IMG/VR virus record: IMGVR_UViG_2690316166_000012
Length of the DNA: 18,281 nucleotides
Strand: one strand, 5' to 3'
Source: a virus
Taxonomy: Duplodnaviria; Heunggongvirae; Uroviricota; Caudoviricetes
The translations under genes and the position numbers were made by a program. Positions 8,815 to 16,225 of this stretch are shown piece after piece. Numbering within the stretch: the first letter of the stretch is position 1; every line of letters starts with the position of its first letter. The notes under the pieces are model-generated. The model was not told where the DNA came from. It saw only the letters and a program-made list of their open reading frames with translations, and did not search any database.

Positions 8815-9105
8815 TTACCCCCTTGCGCGTGGTTTCTTCACACCCGGAACGGTGGCGCGGCCTTCCGCCACATCCTGACCCCGGCCGGTCAGTTCAACGA
8901 TGAAATAACCGTTAACAAGCGTGCGCTTACGCACCAGTCCCTGCTCGGCAAGCCAGGCAATATGGGTATGCACGGTGTCGCGGGACACGCGGTGGCCGTA
9001 ATCATCCAGGCAGTCCTGAAGCACGGATTCGCCCAGTTCGCCGTTGTAATCCGCCAGCGACCGCAGAATGACAAGACGCTGATCTTCAGTAATGAAATCA
9101 CTCAT
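8815..9105 (-). CDS. Small winged-helix-like DNA-binding protein (Mu gp26 position)
   Basis: 97-codon ORF with ATG at 9105. Sequence (..QRLVILRSLADYNGELGESVLQDCLDDYGHRVSRDTVHTHIAWLAEQGLVRKRTLVNGYFIVELTGRGQDVAEG..) has a helix-turn-helix-wing pattern. Tightly packed between the membrane protein and TerS. Confidence 0.5.
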   Translation of the reverse strand: MSDFITEDQRLVILRSLADYNGELGESVLQDCLDDYGHRVSRDTVHTHIAWLAEQGLVRKRTLVNGYFIVELTGRGQDVAEGRATVPGVKKPRARG

Positions 9106-9409
9106 TGTGTTTTTTCCTTACAGCCTGCTCCAGCAGCAGTTCGTTCTGGTGGGAGACGGATTTCAGGGTGGCATTGGTGGCCTTAAGCTCACCGCGCAGG
9201 GTGGTGATTTCGATATTGAGTCTGTTCACCTCCTGCTGCGTGGGCAGGCCGGAAATCCGGCTCTCCACCCGCTCAACCCGGTCGGAGAGTTTTTCAAAGG
9301 CCTCGCGGGGGACAAAGGTTTTGCGCATCAGCGCCATAAAGATCCCCCCGGCCGTGGCCGTTGCCGACAGGATCGGCACGACATAATCTTTAACGATGCT
9401 GATCCACAT
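9098..9409 (-). CDS. Single-TM membrane protein with coiled coil (Mu gp25 / releasin-like position)
   Basis: 104-codon ORF with ATG at 9409 and GGAGG 7 nt upstream. Hydrophobic N-terminus (ISIVKDYVVPILSATATAGGIFMALM) followed by a charged coiled-coil segment. Lies in the lysis cassette downstream of the spanins. Confidence 0.5.
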   Translation of the reverse strand: MWISIVKDYVVPILSATATAGGIFMALMRKTFVPREAFEKLSDRVERVESRISGLPTQQEVNRLNIEITTLRGELKATNATLKSVSHQNELLLEQAVRKKHNE

Positions 9410-9617
9410 GACCGGCCTCCATGATGCTCTGGCAGTTCACACAACGGATGGCATCCGGCACGGCAACCAGACGGGCGGCCGGAATGTCACCCCCGCAGTC
9501 TGCGCATACACGCCTGCCCGGAGTATCCTCCACCCGGCACTTACGTGTCAGCCGGTCACAAAGGGCGCGTTCTGTTGCCCGCTCCATGACTGCCTGAGCA
9601 CAATCTGAATCATCCAT
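9390..9617 (-). CDS. TraR/DksA-family C4 zinc-finger protein
   Basis: 76-codon ORF from ATG at 9617 (AAGGA upstream); the ORF track's longer start at 9683 overlaps the o-spanin. Contains CADC-x17-CVNC (C-x2-C-x17-C-x2-C), typical of phage TraR-like proteins. Confidence 0.65.
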   Translation of the reverse strand: MDDSDCAQAVMERATERALCDRLTRKCRVEDTPGRRVCADCGGDIPAARLVAVPDAIRCVNCQSIMEAGHVDQHR

Positions 9618-9627
9618 ACCTTTTTCC

Positions 9628-9999
9628 TTACTTCGTCTTTCCTGCCGGAACAGCAGACGTTCCGGCCATATCAGTAAATTCATGCTGTCGCCGTACCTCC
9701 AGACGGCGGATGCTGGCCTTGTCCACGTTGCAGTTCTTAATCACCGCCAGCAGTTGCAGGTTGTAAGTGACCGATGCGCCAAACGTGAACGGCTGCGGCA
9801 CAGAAGGGACCAGACAGTCAGCCAGCCATTCAGCGGGGATCGGCACCGGCTTCACCGGCACGTATTTCACAGACGGCCCGCCGCACCCGGTCAGCCACAT
9901 CATCAGGCACAGGAACAGCGGCCGCAGGCACCGTTGCCAGCGACCGGCGGACAATGCTCTGCTGTTCCTCGCTGTGCTGCATGTTCTGCTGTTTTTCAT
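9628..9999 (-). CDS. o-spanin (outer-membrane lipoprotein spanin subunit), overlapped with the i-spanin
   Basis: Lipobox LTG|C (Cys codon at 9883-9885) preceded by a basic-then-hydrophobic signal (RWQRCLRPLFLCLMMWLTG), then a proline-rich mature part (CGGPSVKYVPVKPVPIPAEW...). Its 5' part lies inside the i-spanin gene in another frame. Start is uncertain (ATG at 9999, or 9903/9900). Confidence 0.55.
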   Translation of the reverse strand: MKNSRTCSTARNSRALSAGRWQRCLRPLFLCLMMWLTGCGGPSVKYVPVKPVPIPAEWLADCLVPSVPQPFTFGASVTYNLQLLAVIKNCNVDKASIRRLEVRRQHEFTDMAGTSAVPAGKTK

Positions 10000-10330
10000 T
10001 CGTGGCCGCCTTACTGATTTGTGAAATGAGTTGCAGGGTGCGTTGCTGGTTTGCCAGCACCAGACGGGCTTCGTCCCGTTCACGCACAAGCACATGATTA
10101 TTGTCCTCAAGGCGCTGCGTCTTCTGGTGCATTCCCCATACCACGGCAGCCAGCACACTCATCACCCCCAGCGCCGCCATACAGCCTCCGGCAATCAGGG
10201 CTGGTAAGGGATTATTCACCGCAGCCACAGCACACCCCGCAGCACCACAACAGCACACAGCAGCGCAATCATGAGCGGTCGCCAGAAACGGTTCAGACTT
10301 TCGGCAAGTCGTAACGACATAACCATTCAT
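9830..10330 (-). CDS. i-spanin (inner-membrane spanin subunit)
   Basis: Hydrophobic TM-like segment (PALIAGGCMAALGVMSVLAAVVW) followed by a long charged/Gln-rich helical region (HQKTQRLEDNNHVLVRERDEARLVLANQQRTLQLISQ...), with the o-spanin overlapping its 3' end. Start is ambiguous (ATG 10330 or in-frame GTG 10219). Confidence 0.5.
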   Translation of the reverse strand: MNGYVVTTCRKSEPFLATAHDCAAVCCCGAAGCAVAAVNNPLPALIAGGCMAALGVMSVLAAVVWGMHQKTQRLEDNNHVLVRERDEARLVLANQQRTLQLISQISKAATNEKQQNMQHSEEQQSIVRRSLATVPAAAVPVPDDVADRVRRAVCEIRAGEAGADPR

Positions 10331-10363
10331 CCGCCGAACGGCGGGCCTCAAGACCGGGGAGTT

Positions 10364-10575
10364 TCACCCCCTTTGAATAAATCCNNNNNNNNNNNNNNNN
10401 NNNNNNCAGCGGATATACTGCTTACAGGACGCGGGCATCTGCCCGGCATTGATAAGGCGCAGGAGCGTGGAGTTGCGAAAGTTCGTTTCACCGGCCCAGA
10501 AAATCCAGGAGGCCAACGCCACCGTCTGACCACGGGTAAGCGGCACCTGAACATGACGATCGATAGCCGCAAAGG
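10364..10575 (-). CDS. Endolysin, GH24 lysozyme family, C-terminal part; 5' end masked
   Basis: Frame reads ..FAAIDRHVQVPLTRGQTVALASWIFWAGETNFRNSTLLRLINAGQMPASCKQYIR.., matching the C-terminal region of P22 gp19 / lambdoid R-type lysozymes as I recall them. Ends at stop 10364-10366; upstream part lies in mask 10576-11388. Confidence 0.5.
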
Positions 10576-11439
10576 NNNNNNNNNNNNNNNNNNNNNNNNN
10601 NNNNNNNNNNNNNNNNNNNNNNNNNNNNNNNNNNNNNNNNNNNNNNNNNNNNNNNNNNNNNNNNNNNNNNNNNNNNNNNNNNNNNNNNNNNNNNNNNNNN
10701 NNNNNNNNNNNNNNNNNNNNNNNNNNNNNNNNNNNNNNNNNNNNNNNNNNNNNNNNNNNNNNNNNNNNNNNNNNNNNNNNNNNNNNNNNNNNNNNNNNNN
10801 NNNNNNNNNNNNNNNNNNNNNNNNNNNNNNNNNNNNNNNNNNNNNNNNNNNNNNNNNNNNNNNNNNNNNNNNNNNNNNNNNNNNNNNNNNNNNNNNNNNN
10901 NNNNNNNNNNNNNNNNNNNNNNNNNNNNNNNNNNNNNNNNNNNNNNNNNNNNNNNNNNNNNNNNNNNNNNNNNNNNNNNNNNNNNNNNNNNNNNNNNNNN
11001 NNNNNNNNNNNNNNNNNNNNNNNNNNNNNNNNNNNNNNNNNNNNNNNNNNNNNNNNNNNNNNNNNNNNNNNNNNNNNNNNNNNNNNNNNNNNNNNNNNNN
11101 NNNNNNNNNNNNNNNNNNNNNNNNNNNNNNNNNNNNNNNNNNNNNNNNNNNNNNNNNNNNNNNNNNNNNNNNNNNNNNNNNNNNNNNNNNNNNNNNNNNN
11201 NNNNNNNNNNNNNNNNNNNNNNNNNNNNNNNNNNNNNNNNNNNNNNNNNNNNNNNNNNNNNNNNNNNNNNNNNNNNNNNNNNNNNNNNNNNNNNNNNNNN
11301 NNNNNNNNNNNNNNNNNNNNNNNNNNNNNNNNNNNNNNNNNNNNNNNNNNNNNNNNNNNNNNNNNNNNNNNNNNNNNNNNNNNNNNNNTTCAGCCATACC
11401 CGCCTCCGGTCATCATTACACAGGGCAAGTTTAAAATAA

Positions 11440-11463
11440 AAATCCCGCGCTGTGGCGGGATTT
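11440..11463 (-). terminator. Rho-independent terminator (minus strand)
   Basis: Perfect 9-bp stem aaatcccgc / gcgggattt with 6-nt loop (plus 11440-11463). On the minus strand it is followed by a T-run (TTATTTTAAAC), then GGAGG and an ATG at 11397 (MAE...) starting the next gene, which runs into the mask. Confidence 0.5.
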
Positions 11464-12836
11464 GGNNNNNNNNNNNNNNNNNNNNNNNNNNNNNNNNNNN
11501 NNNNNNNNNNNNNNNNNNNNNNNNNNNNNNNNNNNNNNNNNNNNNNNNNNNNNNNNNNNNNNNNNNNNNNNNNNNNNNNNNNNNNNNNNNNNNNNNNNNN
11601 NNNNNNNNNNNNNNNNNNNNNNNNNNNNNNNNNNNNNNNNNNNNNNNNNNNNNNNNNNNNNNNNNNNNNNNNNNNNNNNNNNNNNNNNNNNNNNNNNNNN
11701 NNNNNNNNNNNNNNNNNNNNNNNNNNNNNNNNNNNNNNNNNNNNNNNNNNNNNNNNNNNNNNNNNNNNNNNNNNNNNNNNNNNNNNNNNNNNNNNNNNNN
11801 NNNNNNNNNNNNNNNNNNNNNNNNNNNNNNNNNNNNNNNNNNNNNNNNNNNNNNNNNNNNNNNNNNNNNNNNNNNNNNNNNNNNNNNNNNNNNNNNNNNN
11901 NNNNNNNNNNNNNNNNNNNNNNNNNNNNNNNNNNNNNNNNNNNNNNNNNNNNNNNNNNNNNNNNNNNNNNNNNNNNNNNNNNNNNNNNNNNNNNNNNNNN
12001 NNNNNNNNNNNNNNNNNNNNNNNNNNNNNNNNNNNNNNNNNNNNNNNNNNNNNNNNNNNNNNNNNNNNNNNNNNNNNNNNNNNNNNNNNNNNNNNNNNNN
12101 NNNNNNNNNNNNNNNNNNNNNNNNNNNNNNNNNNNNNNNNNNNNNNNNNNNNNNNNNNNNNNNNNNNNNNNNNNNNNNNNNNNNNNNNNNNNNNNNNNNN
12201 NNNNNNNNNNNNNNNNNNNNNNNNNNNNNNNNNNNNNNNNNNNNNNNNNNNNNNNNNNNNNNNNNNNNNNNNNNNNNNNNNNNNNNNNNNNNNNNNNNNN
12301 NNNNNNNNNNNNNNNNNNNNNNNNNNNNNNNNNNNNNNNNNNNNNNNNNNNNNNNNNNNNNNNNNNNNNNNNNNNNNNNNNNNNNNNNNNNNNNNNNNNN
12401 NNNNNNNNNNNNNNNNNNNNNNNNNNNNNNNNNNNNNNNNNNNNNNNNNNNNNNNNNNNNNNNNNNNNNNNNNNNNNNNNNNNNNNNNNNNNNNNNNNNN
12501 NNNNNNNNNNNNNNNNNNNNNNNNNNNNNNNNNNNNNNNNNNNNNNNNNNNNNNNNNNNNNNNNNNNNNNNNNNNNNNNNNNNNNNNNNNNNNNNNNNNN
12601 NNNNNNNNNNNNNNNNNNNNNNNNNNNNNNNNNNNNNNNNNNNNNNNNNNNNNNNNNNNNNNNNNNNNNNNNNNNNNNNNNNNNNNNNNNNNNNNNNNNN
12701 NNNNNNNNNNNNNNNNNNNNNNNNNNNNNNNNNNNNNNNNNNNNNNNNNNNNNNNNNNNNNNNNNNNNNNNNNNNNNNNNNNNNNNNNNNNNNNNNNNNN
12801 NNNNNNNNNNNNNNNNNNNNNNNNNNNNNNNNNNNN

Positions 12837-12966
12837 TTTCTGGCATATCCCGCTTGTCACATTCTTTATCCATAAAAGAAACGAATTTCTCTGCATCTTC
12901 CGGTTTCATGCCTCCGGCGATAAGGATTTTGCGATATTCATAAGACGATCTTAATTCAATACTCAT
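12837..12966 (-). CDS. Hypothetical protein, N-terminal part only (3' end masked)
   Basis: ATG at 12966, 15 nt after the upstream stop. Visible sequence MSIELRSSYEYRKILIAGGMKPEDAEKFVSFMDKECDKRDMPE is protein-like; an overlapping alternative frame is less so. Confidence 0.35.
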
Positions 12967-12981
12967 TATTCACCTGCCTGC

Positions 12982-13332
12982 TTAATCTGTTTCCAGTGCT
13001 TTGCTACGGGCTATAGCCTCACATTCAAAAAATACCGACTCCGGCACGCGCTCTTTTAATTCACGAACAAGGAAATCATTAACGCGTTCATGACGTCTTA
13101 TATTTCTTTCCTTTTCCTCCTGGCGCAATACAGCAAGGCGGTATTCAACAGCCCGGCGTTGTTTCTGAAAGACAGCCAGTGCTTTTCTGGCAGCATTACG
13201 CCATGCATCATCGCCACATGGTGCGTATTCAAGCTGAAATTTAATCTCTTCAATAGTTTCTTTGATTTTTGCCAGCAAGCTAAGACAGTCGCTTATTGTC
13301 TCCAGCTTTTCATTATCAATATAACTTCTCAC
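12982..13332 (-). CDS. Hypothetical coiled-coil protein (accessory operon)
   Basis: GTG at 13332 overlaps the upstream stop (GTGA); an ATG at 13374 is the alternative start. Charged helical protein (..LSLLAKIKETIEEIKFQLEYAPCGDDAWRNAARKALAVFQKQRRAVEYRLAVLRQEEKERNIRRHERVNDFL..). GC content is visibly lower than in the late genes. Confidence 0.45.
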   Translation of the reverse strand: MRSYIDNEKLETISDCLSLLAKIKETIEEIKFQLEYAPCGDDAWRNAARKALAVFQKQRRAVEYRLAVLRQEEKERNIRRHERVNDFLVRELKERVPESVFFECEAIARSKALETD

Positions 13333-13658
13333 GCATTCACCTCCCGTAATTCCGGTAAAGCCGAAATATGACACCAGTGCGTCACCTGTCCGTCTTCATC
13401 TTCAAGGCAGGCTCCGGTTTCTTCATCAACAAAAAAGCCTTCATACCCCATATGGCCGATGCGCAGCTCCTGACGGTGACCATACTGAACAATCAGCACG
13501 ACAGCCTCCATATCAGGTGGGAAAGCATCATTCAGTGAATGCCAGGGATAACCGCGTAAATCCCCGAAATAAACACCGGTCAGCGTTCCGCCACAGAGCG
13601 GCATTCCGGCGGCACACACAAGAGGTTCATCTGATTCAACAAATAAGGTCGTTATCAT
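13329..13658 (-). CDS. Hypothetical small acidic, lysine-free protein (accessory operon)
   Basis: 110-codon ORF whose ATG overlaps the upstream stop (ATGA), with GGGAG upstream. Translation has 18 D/E, 4 R and no K, plus several Cys/His (..PLVCAAGMPLCGG..HWCH..). Confidence 0.5.
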   Translation of the reverse strand: MITTLFVESDEPLVCAAGMPLCGGTLTGVYFGDLRGYPWHSLNDAFPPDMEAVVLIVQYGHRQELRIGHMGYEGFFVDEETGACLEDEDGQVTHWCHISALPELREVNA

Positions 13659-14308
13659 GGCGTTAACTCCCGTANNNNNNNNNNNNNNNNNNNNNNNNNN
13701 NNNNNNNNNNNNNNNNNNNNNNNNNNNNNNNNNNNNNNNNNNNNNNNNNNNNNNNNNNNNNNNNNNNNNNNNNNNNNNNNNNNNNNNNNNNNNNNNNNNN
13801 NNNNNNNNNNNNNNNNNNNNNNNNNNNNNNNNNNNNNNNNNNNNNNNNNNNNNNNNNNNNNNNNNNNNNNNNNNNNNNNNNNNNNNNNNNNNNNNNNNNN
13901 NNNNNNNNNNNNNNNNNNNNNNNNNNNNNNNNNNNNNNNNNNNNNNNNNNNNNNNNNNNNNNNNNNNNNNNNNNNNNNNNNNNNNNNNNNNNNNNNNNNN
14001 NNNNNNNNNNNNNNNNNNNNNNNNNNNNNNNNNNNNNNNNNNNNNNNNNNNNNNNNNNNNNNNNNNNNNNNNNNNNNNNNNNNNNNNNNNNNNNTTGGGT
14101 GTTTATATTTCAGTAACTCCGGGTATGAACTGCGCAATACACCAGTCCGGTTATATACAGCCCAGACAGTTCTTTTTATTCTGGCAGCAATATCCTTAAC
14201 CGGGGTGGATGAATAAAGCGCAATCAGTAGCGCATCTTCTTCAGGTGTCCACGCGCGGACATGAGCGGGTGTACGACCTTTTCGCCCCATGTGTTGTAAA
14301 ATCATCAT
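13655..14308 (-). CDS. Hypothetical protein with Myb/SANT-like helix-turn-helix N-terminus; interior masked
   Basis: ATG at 14308 with AGGGGGTGA upstream, overlapping the preceding stop. N-terminus GRKGRTPAHVRAWTPEEDALLIALYSSTPVKDIAARIKRTVWAVYNRTGVL resembles a Myb/SANT-type repeat. Only 6 codons are visible after mask 13675-14094, so one continuous gene is assumed, not shown. Confidence 0.4.
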   Translation of the reverse strand: MMILQHMGRKGRTPAHVRAWTPEEDALLIALYSSTPVKDIAARIKRTVWAVYNRTGVLRSSYPELLKYKHPXXXXXXXXXXXXXXXXXXXXXXXXXXXXXXXXXXXXXXXXXXXXXXXXXXXXXXXXXXXXXXXXXXXXXXXXXXXXXXXXXXXXXXXXXXXXXXXXXXXXXXXXXXXXXXXXXXXXXXXXXXXXXXXXXXXXXXXXXXXXXRELTP

Positions 14309-14311
14309 ACA

Positions 14312-14728
14312 TCACCCCCTGACTCGCTTTTCGGCAGCATAAAACTCATCAGACAGAATTTCGGTCATTTTCCGTTTTGCGGAATCATCTTCGCACTGAA
14401 GATAAATCACATTGTCAACGCAGAACCAGTTCACGGGACCATACAATATTGCTGAGAAGTCAATACCCAGCCAGAACAACAGGGCATCGGTTCTGGCATA
14501 CGTGACGGGCGAATATTCACGCCACAGACTGTTCAGTTCATCAGAGGCAACACGCAGGGCTTTAGGGATACGTGATGTGCGCGGTGTGCAGCTCCAGCCA
14601 TTCGACGCAGTCGGTTTTCGCCATAAGTCGCGATGAAAAGGATATTTGTCCTCCGTAAAACGCAGTCCCTTAAAACAAAAACCACTGATACTGAATTCAA
14701 ATACCGACCGGCACGCAACATTCAGCAC
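14312..14728 (-). CDS. Hypothetical protein; 5' boundary uncertain (frame stays open upstream into the mask)
   Basis: C-terminal two thirds are protein-like (..KALRVASDELNSLWREYSPVTYARTDALLFWLGIDFSAILYGPVNWFCVDNVIYLQCEDDSAKRKMTEILSDEFYAAEKRVRG). No well-placed ATG; the GTG at 14728 is the ORF-track start, and the frame continues open to the mask at 14774. Confidence 0.35.
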   Translation of the reverse strand: MLNVACRSVFEFSISGFCFKGLRFTEDKYPFHRDLWRKPTASNGWSCTPRTSRIPKALRVASDELNSLWREYSPVTYARTDALLFWLGIDFSAILYGPVNWFCVDNVIYLQCEDDSAKRKMTEILSDEFYAAEKRVRG

Positions 14729-14747
14729 GGCCTCAAGGCGTTTCGCC

Positions 14748-15073
14748 TCATCTTTTACCGTCTGGCAGTCCTGNNNNNNNNNNNNNNNNNNNNNNNNNNN
14801 NNNNNNNNNNNNNNNNNNNNNNNNNNNNNNNNNNNNNNNNNNNNNNNNNNNNNNNNNNNNNNNNNNNNNNNNNNNNNNNNNNNNNNNNNNNNNNNNNNNN
14901 NNNNNNNNNNNNNNNNNNNNNNNNNNNNNNNNNNNNNNNNNNNNNNNNNNNNNNNNNNNNNNNNNNNNNNNNNNNNGCCATCACAAACTGGGGCACGCCT
15001 TCTTTCATGGCCTGCTCATCAACTTCAGCCACCACATAAACGGTTTCACAGGTCAGAACGCCCTGAGCAAATT
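14748..15073 (-). CDS. Hypothetical protein, mostly masked
   Basis: The visible island 14977-15073 is protein-like in only one minus frame (FAQGVLTCETVYVVAEVDEQAMKEGVPQFVMA). That frame ends at a stop at 14748-14750 after mask 14774-14976. Confidence 0.3.
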
Positions 15074-15172
15074 NNNNNNNNNNNNNNNNNNNNNNNNNNN
15101 NNNNNNNNNNNNNNNNNNNNNNNNNNNNNNNNNNNNNNNNNNNNNNNNNNNNNNNNNNNNNNNNNNNNNNNN

Positions 15173-15417
15173 CACTGAACATCATCAGCCGCAGATTCCT
15201 GTCTGCATTTGCGACGAATCGGCTGCACCGGGCGGGGACGCGGAATATCATAAAAACCGTTACATTCCGTCAGCACCCCGGCATCAACCGCATCACGCAG
15301 AAAATAAACCATGGAGGATGGCGGCATATTCATTTTTTCAGCCAGTACGCCGCAGGTCAGACGCCCGTAAATACTCAGCCAGTTTTTAACCCCTTCAAGC
15401 ACTTTTGCATCAATCAT
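15173..15417 (-). CDS. Hypothetical protein with possible winged-helix N-terminus; 3' end in masked block
   Basis: ATG at 15417 with GGAGGAA upstream, 3 nt after the upstream stop. MIDAKVLEGVKNWLSIYGRLTCGVLAEKMNMPPSSMVYFLRDAVDAGVLTECNGFYDIP... The in-frame stop at 15046 sits where another frame is coding, so the gene probably ends inside mask 15074-15172. Confidence 0.4.
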
Positions 15418-15420
15418 GAA

Positions 15421-15765
15421 TTATTCCTCCGTCAGCGCCACATATTCAGAATGTTTAATTTCCTGGCATTCTTCAGGAATACATCCGTTTATTTCCCTGC
15501 CATAAGCGCCCACTTTAAACACCACGCACAGGGCATCACGGGAGAACGAAGGGGTCCACCAGGAGTCCGTGTTAAACATGGAGGGGATTCTCATTACCCC
15601 CAGCTTTTCACAGAGCCAGACAAGGAAATCAGGACGCTTTCTTAACTCGCGTTCAGCGGCTTCAATCATTGCGGCAATCGCCGGTCCTTCAGGGCATGAC
15701 TCATCAGGTCTGGCTATAAAGCACTGTCCGCCACCGATAAAAGCCACATCATCGCGCTTACGCCA
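15421..15765 (-). CDS. Hypothetical protein, C-terminal part (gene immediately downstream of gam); 5' end masked
   Basis: Protein-like frame ..WRKRDDVAFIGGGQCFIARPDESCPEGPAIAAMIEAAERELRKRPDFLVWLCEKLGVMRIPSMFNTDSWWTPSFSRDALCVVFKVGAYGREINGCIPEECQEIKHSEYVALTEE, stop at 15421-15423. The same frame has ATGs at 16260 and 16239 overlapping the gam 3' end, so it may be up to about 270 aa. Confidence 0.4.
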   Translation of the reverse strand, partial: WRKRDDVAFIGGGQCFIARPDESCPEGPAIAAMIEAAERELRKRPDFLVWLCEKLGVMRIPSMFNTDSWWTPSFSRDALCVVFKVGAYGREINGCIPEECQEIKHSEYVALTEE

Positions 15766-16225
15766 NNNNNNNNNNNNNNNNNNNNNNNNNNNNNNNNNNN
15801 NNNNNNNNNNNNNNNNNNNNNNNNNNNNNNNNNNNNNNNNNNNNNNNNNNNNNNNNNNNNNNNNNNNNNNNNNNNNNNNNNNNNNNNNNNNNNNNNNNNN
15901 NNNNNNNNNNNNNNNNNNNNNNNNNNNNNNNNNNNNNNNNNNNNNNNNNNNNNNNNNNNNNNNNNNNNNNNNNNNNNNNNNNNNNNNNNNNNNNNNNNNN
16001 NNNNNNNNNNNNNNNNNNNNNNNNNNNNNNNNNNNNNNNNNNNNNNNNNNNNNNNNNNNNNNNNNNNNNNNNNNNNNNNNNNNNNNNNNNNNNNNNNNNN
16101 NNNNNNNNNNNNNNNNNNNNNNNNNNNNNNNNNNNNNNNNNNNNNNNNNNNNNNNNNNNNNNNNNNNNNNNNNNNNNNNNNNNNNNNNNNNNNNNNNNNN
16201 NNNNNNNNNNNNNNNNNNNNNNNNN

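Noticed and set aside
8172-8903. 243-aa plus-strand ORF
   Set aside because: Entirely antisense to the well-supported gp27-like and wHTH genes. Ser/Arg-rich, low-complexity translation typical of an antisense frame of GC-rich coding DNA, with no start context.
10000-10158. N-terminal 53 codons of the ORF-track o-spanin ORF (start at 10158)
   Set aside because: This stretch is embedded in the i-spanin coding frame and reads as Cys/Arg/Trp-rich sequence. The real o-spanin most likely starts at a downstream codon just before the signal peptide.
10488-12896. 802-aa and 511-aa minus ORFs and 500-aa plus ORFs spanning the 11466-12836 mask
   Set aside because: Same masking artefact; only their short visible ends can be evaluated and these were treated separately.
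14533-14721. 62-aa minus-strand ORF, and the 20-codon ATG-initiated ORF at 14624
   Set aside because: All three minus frames happen to be open here. Only the frame ending at 14312 gives a long protein-like product; these two read as Arg-rich or short and are probably chance ORFs.
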